Positions 23,167 through 30,639 of a stretch of DNA of 64,000 bases are shown here, piece by piece. Made by a program: the position numbers and the translations under genes. The notes beneath the pieces are model-generated. The model saw nothing but the letters and a program-made list of their open reading frames with translations. It had not been told where the DNA came from and searched no databases. The stretch lies in assembly GCA_963751345.1 (NCBI GenBank), contig CAVVUS010000032.1, positions 26,271 through 90,270 of the forward strand, in the 5' to 3' direction. The stretch's first letter is position 1. Each line of letters opens with the position of its first letter. Source of the stretch: an uncultured Chloroflexia bacterium (GTDB lineage: Bacteria; Chloroflexota; Anaerolineae; B4-G1; SLSP01).

Positions 23167-24184
23167 CGTCTCTCCTCCCACCCCTCCGGGGGCTCTTGAT
23201 GGAGCCAGCAGTGCACCAGGTGCCCGGTCTCACCCTCGGCCGGCAGCAGCGTTGGCTCGATCTCACTGCATATCGGCATCACCTTCGGGCACCGCGGATG
23301 GAAACGGCAGCCCGTGGGCGGGTGCGTCAGGTTGGGCGGCTCGCCGCCCATCTTGTAGAGTTCCTCGCGCTCGTCGAGCTTGATGTTGGGCACGGACCTC
23401 AGAAGCCCGTCGGTATACGGGTGCAGCGGGTTGTCGAACACCGTCGACCACGTCCCCGATCTCGGCCATCTGGCCCGGCGTACATCACGGCGATCCGGTC
23501 CGCGATCTGGGCCACCAGCGCGATGTTGTGCGTGATCAGCAGGATCGTCAGGTTGAACTCATCGCGCAGCCGCTTGAACTCGTCGAGCAGCTTCGCCTCG
23601 ACGATCACGTCTAGCGACGTGGTCGCCTCGTCGGCGACGATCAGATCGGCGTTGAGCACCAGGCCCAGGCCCACCATCACCCGCTGGCGCATCCCGCCCG
23701 AAAGTTGGTGCGGGTAGTCTCTGAGGCGGTTCTGCCGGATGCCCAGCACCTCGATCAGGGTCCGCACGCGCTCCAGCGCGGCCTGCACCGGCGTCTTCTC
23801 GTGCACCTCGATCGCCTCGACCATATGCTCGTCGACGCGCTGCACCGGGTTGAGCGACGTCAGCGGATCCTGGAAGATCATGCTCACCCTCCGCCCACGG
23901 AAATCGCGCATCTGATCCTCGTCGTAGGCCATAATGTCCTCGCCGTCGAAGACAATCTGCCCGCCGCTGATCTCGCCGGGCGGCGCGATCATCCGCATCA
24001 ACGCCTTGCCCATCGTGCTCTTGCCACAACCGCTCTCGCCGACCAGGCCCAGGATCTCGCCTTTGAAGATGTCGAACGAGACCTCCTCGACGGCGCTCAG
24101 CGACCCCAGTCGCGTGTGATACGTGACCGAAAGATCGCGAACCTGGACGAGAACATCCTTCTCTTCCGTTGAGTCTGTCGCCAT
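23163..24184 (-). CDS. Peptide/nickel ABC transporter ATP-binding protein (OppD/DppD-like); frameshift near 23440-23480
   Basis: GESGCGKS, YPHQLSGGMRQR, HPYT.GLL, GCRFHPRC. Confidence 0.9.
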
Positions 24185-24185
24185 C

Positions 24186-25469
24186 TCAGACCTCCGATAG
24201 GCGCGGATTGAGAATCTCTGAGAGGCTCTCACCCAGCATACTGAAAGCAAATGTCACCAGCGTCACCATGGCGCCGGGGAACGTGATCAGCCACCACGCG
24301 CGACGCAGATAGTCCTGACCACGGGCCAGGTCGATACCCCAGTCGGGCGTGTCCGGCGGAATGCCGAAGCCCAGGAAGCTCAGGCCGGCCTCGGTCAGGA
24401 TCGCGTCGGCCACGTTGACCGAGAAGATGATCACCACCGACGGGATGACGTTCGGCAGGATAAAGTCCTTCATGATCCTGAGCGCCGTGGCACCCAGACT
24501 CCGGGCGGCCTCGACGTAGAGCTCCTCCTTGACCGCCAGCGTCTGTCCCCGCACGATGCGGTAGTACGTCGGCACATAGAGCACCGCGATCGCCACGATG
24601 ATGTTGCCGATGCCCGCGCCCAGCACCGCCGCGATGGCGATGGCAAGGATCAGGCCCGGGAAGGAGTAGAGGCTGTCCATCAGCAGCGTGAGCACGCGAT
24701 CCAGCGGGCCGCCGACGTAGCCGCTGATCAGACCCAACGGCACGCCCAGCACGAGCGCCGCGATCGCCGAGCTCAGGCCCACGATCAGCGCAATGCGCGT
24801 GCCCCAGATGATCCGGCTCAGGACGTCCTGGCCGATCTGGTTCGTTCCCATCACGAACCCGCGCCCTGTCGACTCGCGCAGCCCTGCCGCGATCTGCAGA
24901 TCCGGGTAATTCGGGAGCAGAGGCTGGAGGTTGTCCGGCGTGGCCACGACCGCGTTGATGTCCCCCGCCTCCAACGCGCTCAGCGCCTCGTCCAGCGTGC
25001 TGTACCGCTCCGGACGAGGCTGGTACCTTACGTTCTGACCCTCTGCGCTCGCCTGTGCATTCAGGTCGTCCAGCGCCTCCCGGAGTGCCTGGGCCGCAGC
25101 CGTCCCCAACACGTAGCCGATCCTATCGGTGCTCGCGGCTACGTCCGCCAGCGACGTCACATCCGCGTCCGTTCGCGTCACCAGCACGTAGTCGGAGGGC
25201 GCCTCACCCGGTGCCAACAGCGAGGGGCCTACCTCGGCGCGTGGGTCATACGGCGAGAAGAGGCCGGGGAAGACCCCCACCGCGATGATGAAGAGCAGCA
25301 GCAGCGCGCTCATCAGCACGAACCACCAGTCACCACCATACCACTTCCGCGCCAGCAGTAGCCTGCGCACAAACCCAACGCGGTCCAGCTCCAATTGCCA
25401 TTCAGGTACCTCGACGTCGATGTCGCGCGTGGCGTCCGTCTGCGCTCGATTGCGTAGTTGCCGTGCCAT
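24186..25469 (-). CDS. OppC/DppC-type permease with a ~110-aa inserted extracytoplasmic domain
   Basis: PYDP...GTNQIGQDVLSRIIWG, EAA loop YVEAARSLGA, PDWG, WWLITFPG. Confidence 0.9.
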   Translation of the reverse strand: MARQLRNRAQTDATRDIDVEVPEWQLELDRVGFVRRLLLARKWYGGDWWFVLMSALLLLFIIAVGVFPGLFSPYDPRAEVGPSLLAPGEAPSDYVLVTRTDADVTSLADVAASTDRIGYVLGTAAAQALREALDDLNAQASAEGQNVRYQPRPERYSTLDEALSALEAGDINAVVATPDNLQPLLPNYPDLQIAAGLRESTGRGFVMGTNQIGQDVLSRIIWGTRIALIVGLSSAIAALVLGVPLGLISGYVGGPLDRVLTLLMDSLYSFPGLILAIAIAAVLGAGIGNIIVAIAVLYVPTYYRIVRGQTLAVKEELYVEAARSLGATALRIMKDFILPNVIPSVVIIFSVNVADAILTEAGLSFLGFGIPPDTPDWGIDLARGQDYLRRAWWLITFPGAMVTLVTFAFSMLGESLSEILNPRLSEV

Positions 25470-25477
25470 ATCTCCTC

Positions 25478-26500
25478 CTAATACCGGATGCGCGGATCGA
25501 CGAACGCGTACAGGATGTCGACCATAACACTGATGAGACCCACAAAGAGCGCGAAGACTGCGATCACTGACTGCACCGCGTTATAGTCGCGCAGCTGGAT
25601 CCGGGTCACCAGGTACCGTCCCATACCGGGCCACGAGAACGTGGTCTCGGTCAGCACCGCCCCTGCCAGCAGCAGCGCAAACTGCAGCCCGATCAGCGTG
25701 AGGATAGGGATGAAGGTGTTGCGCAGCGCGTGCCGGTAGACCAACCGCCGCTCGGGCAGACCTCGCGCACGGCCTGCGACGATGAAGTCCGTCTGGAGCG
25801 CCTCGATCATGTTCACGCGCGTCAAGCGAATAAAGGGACCGGTCAAGATGAGGCCCAGCGTGACCGACGGCATGATCAGGTGAATCAGCAGCGACTTCAG
25901 TGCGGGCCAGTTCCGTCCGAGGATGGCATCGATGATGTAGAAGTTCGTGATGGAATGGAAATCTCGCAGGAGCAGCGTGTCCATTCGCCCGGCCAGGGGC
26001 AGCAGCGGAATCCGCACAGAGAAGAGGATCTGGAATAACAGCCCCATGAAGAAGACCGGAATGGCGTAGACGATGATGCTGAAAACGCGGATGCCGTAGT
26101 CCACAGGCTTCTTGCGGTGTTTCGCTGCAAAGGCTCCTCCATAGATGCCCACAATGACGGTGAAGGCCATAGCCGGCACCGTTAGCTCGATGGTGGCAGG
26201 CAGCCGTTCGCCCAACTCATCACGGATGGGCCGCTCCCCCTGGGTCAGCGCGTTCCCGAAGTCCAGGCGCACCATCCGCCAGAGAAAGTCGAAGTACTGC
26301 ACCACGAGGGGTCGGTTGAGCCCCAGACGCTCCCGGATCGCTTGCGCTTGCTCCTCGCTGACCTTGGGTCCGAGCTGTGAACGGATAGGGTCTCCCGGCA
26401 GGATTCGCATGACGAAGAACACCATGCTTACCAGGATAATGATCATGGGGATGGTGAGGAGGATCCGGGTAATGATGAAGTTACGGAATGATACGGACAT
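25478..26500 (-). CDS. OppB/DppB-type permease
   Basis: LPGDP, GLNRPLVVQY, RLPATIEL, ARGL, ETTFSWPGMG, DPRIRY. Confidence 0.92.
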   Translation of the reverse strand: MSVSFRNFIITRILLTIPMIIILVSMVFFVMRILPGDPIRSQLGPKVSEEQAQAIRERLGLNRPLVVQYFDFLWRMVRLDFGNALTQGERPIRDELGERLPATIELTVPAMAFTVIVGIYGGAFAAKHRKKPVDYGIRVFSIIVYAIPVFFMGLLFQILFSVRIPLLPLAGRMDTLLLRDFHSITNFYIIDAILGRNWPALKSLLIHLIMPSVTLGLILTGPFIRLTRVNMIEALQTDFIVAGRARGLPERRLVYRHALRNTFIPILTLIGLQFALLLAGAVLTETTFSWPGMGRYLVTRIQLRDYNAVQSVIAVFALFVGLISVMVDILYAFVDPRIRY

Positions 26501-26650
26501 AGTGAAACTCCAATCCTGAATTGCTTCCTCTGTCGCTCAACTCTGCGAAGGCTAGCGGGGACCCGAGCGTACGGGTCCCTGGTGCCTCGCTAGCCTTCGC
26601 AGGGTTGCTGGTGAAGGTAGACTGGTAGCGAATCCATTATACTCAAGAAA

Positions 26651-26682
26651 CCGGGGCGGGAGAGTAACTCTCCCGCCCCGGG
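26651..26682 (-). terminator. Hairpin downstream of the SBP gene (partial terminator or mRNA stabiliser)
   Basis: CCGGGGCGGGAGAG-taa-CTCTCCCGCCCCGG followed by TTTCTT on the minus strand. Confidence 0.6.
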
Positions 26683-26705
26683 TGAGCAACTACCAAGGTC
26701 CGCGA

Positions 26706-28433
26706 CTACTGACCGCCTGTCATGTAGTTCATGTTGAAGACGAGGTAGCGGAGTGCCGGGGCGTTGATCTCTTCGACCGTCAGACCCGAGACGCTCTGCA
26801 ACCGGACCGACTCCACAGGGCCTAGCGTGCGCCAGGCGATGTCGATTTCACCGGTCTCGACAGCATTGCCCATCGTTGTAGGATCGGCGAAGTAGCGGAT
26901 GATCACGTTCGGGATCATCGGCTTATCGTCACCGAAGTAGTTGGGGTTCGCCTCGAGCACCATCTGCTCGCCCGGCGTGTAGTTCACCATGCGATACGGG
27001 CCGATCCCGTCGACCTTGTCGGGGAACTGCACGATCTGGTCGGTCGGGAAGATGTTGGGGTTCGCCGGCACGAACGGGGCCGTCGCCGCCAACGCATCGA
27101 AGAAGCCGTACGAGTCGTTCAGCGTGAAGACCACGGTCGACTCATCGGGTGCCTCGACACCCGCGACGTACGCCTGGACCAGGCCGGAGACCTGACCCTC
27201 AAGACCGAAACGATCCCACATCCGGACGTAGTCGGCCGAGGTGACCGGCGTGCCGTCCGCATACATCAGGTTGTCGCGCAGCGTGAACGTGTAGGTCTTG
27301 CCATCGTCGCTGACGGTGGGGAAGTCCACTGCCGCGCCGGGTACCAGCGTGGACGTGCCGGGCTCGTACCGCAGCAGCGGCACGCCGGTGTTCTTGATGA
27401 TCTCCCAGTCGTGGGTCGCGTAGGCATCCTGCGGATCGAGGCTGTTCACCTCATCGGTCGTGCCGATGATGATCGTGTCGGATGTGCCCGCCGCGGGTGA
27501 AGCATCAGCCGTGAAGTTCAGGACGTTGTAGTTGAACTCGAACGGCGCGCCGATCTTGACACCCTCGACGCCATCGCGATACGTGACGTACTCGGGTTCC
27601 CAGAAGAGCGGGAGGGTGGGAACCTGCTCGGCATAGTAGTCGCCGATTTCCTGGTAGAGCGAAGCGCGCTCGTCAGGATTCGTGGAAGCCGCAGCCCGCT
27701 TGAGCAGGTCGTCCATCTTCGGATCGCAGTAGTTCACGCCGTTGTCGGGCGACTGGATACAGGACGCGAAGGGCGTCAGCCAGTTGTCGGGATCCGCGAA
27801 GTCAGGGAACCAACCCAGAATGAAGACGGGGAAGGCATCGCCGGCCACAAAGCTGTCGACGTACTCCGCCCAGTTCTGGCTCTTCAGGTTCACCGTCATC
27901 AGACCGGTTTCCTCGAGCTGCTCCTTGAGCACCTGCATGACGTCAGCTGTCGTCGTGCCGTAGTGCTCGGGGGGATACCAGAGATCGAACGTGAACTTGT
28001 TATCGGTCGTGTAGCCCAGGTCCTCGAGGAGGCTGATCGCCATAGGCAGATCGCGGGTACCATACTTGTCCAGGAACGGCTCGGTCGCGTATGGATAGCC
28101 CGGGGGCACCATGGAGTAGGCCGGAATGTTCCGTCCTTCAAAGACACGATCGACGAGGACCTCGCGGTCGATAGCCGCCGCAAAGGCCTGCTTCAACTCG
28201 GGAGTCCACAGCGGTTGGGCACTGGCCATAGTGGGCTCAGCGGTGGGCGTCGCCTCAGCCGCTGCGCTTGTCGTCGCCGTCGGTTCCGCCGTAGCTGCCG
28301 CCATGGTCGGTTCCGACGTGGCCGCAGCCATCGTCGGCTCCGATGTCGTGGCGGCCGGTGTGCCACACCCGGCCAGCGCGAGAGCTAACAGCACCACGGC
28401 TGTCAGCAAACTGTAGAGTGACTTACGGGACAT
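26706..28433 (-). CDS. Family-5 ABC substrate-binding lipoprotein, circularly permuted
   Basis: LAGC lipobox and T/A/P/E linker. KQAFAAAIDRE (normally mid-protein) comes first; TIIIGTTDEVNSLDP...YTFTLR...GPY...RYLVFN (normally N-terminal) comes last. Confidence 0.9.
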   Translation of the reverse strand: MSRKSLYSLLTAVVLLALALAGCGTPAATTSEPTMAAATSEPTMAAATAEPTATTSAAAEATPTAEPTMASAQPLWTPELKQAFAAAIDREVLVDRVFEGRNIPAYSMVPPGYPYATEPFLDKYGTRDLPMAISLLEDLGYTTDNKFTFDLWYPPEHYGTTTADVMQVLKEQLEETGLMTVNLKSQNWAEYVDSFVAGDAFPVFILGWFPDFADPDNWLTPFASCIQSPDNGVNYCDPKMDDLLKRAAASTNPDERASLYQEIGDYYAEQVPTLPLFWEPEYVTYRDGVEGVKIGAPFEFNYNVLNFTADASPAAGTSDTIIIGTTDEVNSLDPQDAYATHDWEIIKNTGVPLLRYEPGTSTLVPGAAVDFPTVSDDGKTYTFTLRDNLMYADGTPVTSADYVRMWDRFGLEGQVSGLVQAYVAGVEAPDESTVVFTLNDSYGFFDALAATAPFVPANPNIFPTDQIVQFPDKVDGIGPYRMVNYTPGEQMVLEANPNYFGDDKPMIPNVIIRYFADPTTMGNAVETGEIDIAWRTLGPVESVRLQSVSGLTVEEINAPALRYLVFNMNYMTGGQ

Positions 28434-28729
28434 TTCTCTTCTCCTTCACTTCTTTTGGGTCCTGCACTTTCGAAATGGGTCCTGCTAATGCTGCTACCTG
28501 CTTAGGGTAAGACGCCAATCACGACCTCCTTTGTTAGCTGGTGGGAAGAGGCCATAACAAGACGGCCCAACCCCCGCCTTGGGAATGGTTGGGCCAGCGA
28601 TGATCCACGTAGAGCCTCCCCCCGGCTTCTTTGCAGTATACCGCATTTCTGCACAAATGCACTCCGACCAAAGGAGTAGGTCGGAAGCCGCCCGGTGGTC
28701 TAGGGCGGATCCTGGCCGAGTGGTGAGGC

Positions 28730-29443
28730 TTACTCCTCGCTTGTCTCCCCCTTCAGACCTAGCGCGTCCACCAACACCGCCTGCGTATCATCCGGCAACA
28801 CCGGTCGGAGAGGATTCCGACGCAGCCAGCGCTTGAGCTCCGCCACCCTCAGCGAGGGAACGGGAACGGTCTCTTCATCCACGTGGAGCACGACGTCGGG
28901 GTTGGTGAACAACAGGATCCCCCGCACCGGGACCTCGACGCCCTCGGGGAGGACCTTCTTCAGCCGGTCCTCTACCACTTGCTTCTCCGTCTCGGCGATG
29001 CGATGCGGCCGGCCCAACGTCTCCTGGCCGGCGAACCGCCGGAGGATACCCAGTTTCTGCTTCTGTTGCCAACGCCCATCCGCATAGGTGATGTCCCCGC
29101 CCTGTGACTTCACGGTGATCACGGTCAGCCCGCCGGGCTCCAAGAGCGCAAAGGCCACCGGAAGCTGGTACATCAGCAGTGTATAGCCGTTGTCCAGACC
29201 CTTGAGCGCATCCGGCACGCGCTTGTAGTGCGCATTCGGACCCACAAAGCGCTCGCCCAGAAAGCTTCCCATCAGCGAGATCAGGAAACCCACCCACACC
29301 AGCGCCATCGTGCCCCAAATCCACTCAGGCTTGAGGAAAATCAGGACGGTCGAGATGCCCAGGCAGATCAGTCCGGCAAACGGAGCCCGTTCCCCGATCT
29401 TCTTCCGCATCTGGATGTGTGACTCGTTGGTAATAACCTTCAT
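28730..29443 (-). CDS. Hypothetical membrane protein (2 TM helices plus a NERD-like soluble domain)
   Basis: MKVITNE start with RBS; two hydrophobic helices; LLEPGGLTVITVKSQGG. Confidence 0.65.
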   Translation of the reverse strand: MKVITNESHIQMRKKIGERAPFAGLICLGISTVLIFLKPEWIWGTMALVWVGFLISLMGSFLGERFVGPNAHYKRVPDALKGLDNGYTLLMYQLPVAFALLEPGGLTVITVKSQGGDITYADGRWQQKQKLGILRRFAGQETLGRPHRIAETEKQVVEDRLKKVLPEGVEVPVRGILLFTNPDVVLHVDEETVPVPSLRVAELKRWLRRNPLRPVLPDDTQAVLVDALGLKGETSEE

Positions 29444-29487
29444 CGATACCCCCTGGAGTAACAGAACAAGCCCCGGTGACCGCGCCC

Positions 29488-30525
29488 CTACTTGCTGCTG
29501 CCGGCGGCAAACCCCGCTGCGATCGTCGGGACCACGTCGCCCGCGACGGCCTCGCGCGCCCGCAGCACGGCATACTTCACGGCCTTGGCATTGGAGCGCC
29601 CGTGGCCCACGATCACGACCCCGTTGACCCCCAAGAGCAGCCCGCCGCCCACCTCGGCATAGTCCAGCCGGCTGACCAGCTTCCGCAGCCCGGGCAGCAG
29701 CAGCAACAGCCCCGGCAGTGCCAGGATCAGTCCGGGGATCATCAACACGAGGCCGACCTTGGAGAGCGTCGGACCCAGCACATCGTGCGTGATCATCCGC
29801 TTCAAGAACGACGCGACGGCCTCGGCCGTCTTGATGTGGATGTTTCCGGTGAAACCGTCGGTCACCACCACGTCCGCCTCGCCCTTGACCACTTCTTTCG
29901 GCTCGACGTTGCCGACGAAATTGAGACCGCTCGACTTGAAGAGCCCGAATGCCTCCCGGAGGACCATCGTCCCCTTCTCCTCTTCCTCGCCGTTCGCAAG
30001 CAGGCCCACGCGCGGTGACGCGATGCCCAGCACCTTCTCCGCGTAGATCGTGCCCATCCGGCCCGATTGCAGCAGGATCTCGGGCGTCGGGTCTGCCGTG
30101 GCGCCCATGTCCAGGAAGAGCATCGGCTGGAACGAGATCGGATAGACCGTGCACAGCGCGGGCCGGCGAATGCCCCGGATCCGGCGCAGGTCGAAGATCG
30201 CCGAGGCCAGGCACGCGATCGTGTTGCCCGCCGAGACAAAGGCGTCGGCCTCACCATCCCGAACCAGACGCATCCCCACCCGGATAGAGGAATCCTCCTT
30301 CCGGCGCACTTCCTCCGAATGGTCCTGCATCGTCAGCACCTCAGGCGCGTGCACGATGCGAATGGACAGCCCCTCGGTGTTGTGCTTCGCCAGCTCCTCC
30401 CGGGTCCGCTGCTCCGGGCCGACGAGGATGATCTCGTCTCCCCAGGCGCGGGCGGCCATGACAGCGCCCTCGACATCCGGGCCGGGGCAGTTATCCGAGC
30501 CAAAGGCATCTACGACGATGCGCAT
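29488..30525 (-). CDS. plsX: Phosphate acyltransferase PlsX
   Basis: IVVDAFGSD, VSAGNT, RPAL, NGEEEEKG, TDGFTGN, GGGLLLGVNG..IVGHGRS. Confidence 0.93.
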   Translation of the reverse strand: MRIVVDAFGSDNCPGPDVEGAVMAARAWGDEIILVGPEQRTREELAKHNTEGLSIRIVHAPEVLTMQDHSEEVRRKEDSSIRVGMRLVRDGEADAFVSAGNTIACLASAIFDLRRIRGIRRPALCTVYPISFQPMLFLDMGATADPTPEILLQSGRMGTIYAEKVLGIASPRVGLLANGEEEEKGTMVLREAFGLFKSSGLNFVGNVEPKEVVKGEADVVVTDGFTGNIHIKTAEAVASFLKRMITHDVLGPTLSKVGLVLMIPGLILALPGLLLLLPGLRKLVSRLDYAEVGGGLLLGVNGVVIVGHGRSNAKAVKYAVLRAREAVAGDVVPTIAAGFAAGSSK

Positions 30526-30557
30526 AAGTCCTCCAGTGAACAAGTCAACGAATCAGT

Positions 30558-30630
30558 GTTAGCGCGTTAGCGCGTAGAACGTTATCACGTTGACACGTTC
30601 AAACGTGCACACGTGATAACGTTCCAACGA
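30558..30630. repeat. 8-bp periodic GTTnnAAC array (~9 units)
   Basis: gttagcgc/gttagcgc/gtagaac/gttatcac/gttgacac/gttcaaac/gtgcacac/gtgataac/gttccaac. Confidence 0.75.
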
Positions 30631-30639
30631 TCTCTTTCT

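Noticed and set aside
28730-30214. 494-aa ORF overlapping plsX
   Set aside because: The N-terminal part is a shadow frame of plsX; the real gene starts at 29443.
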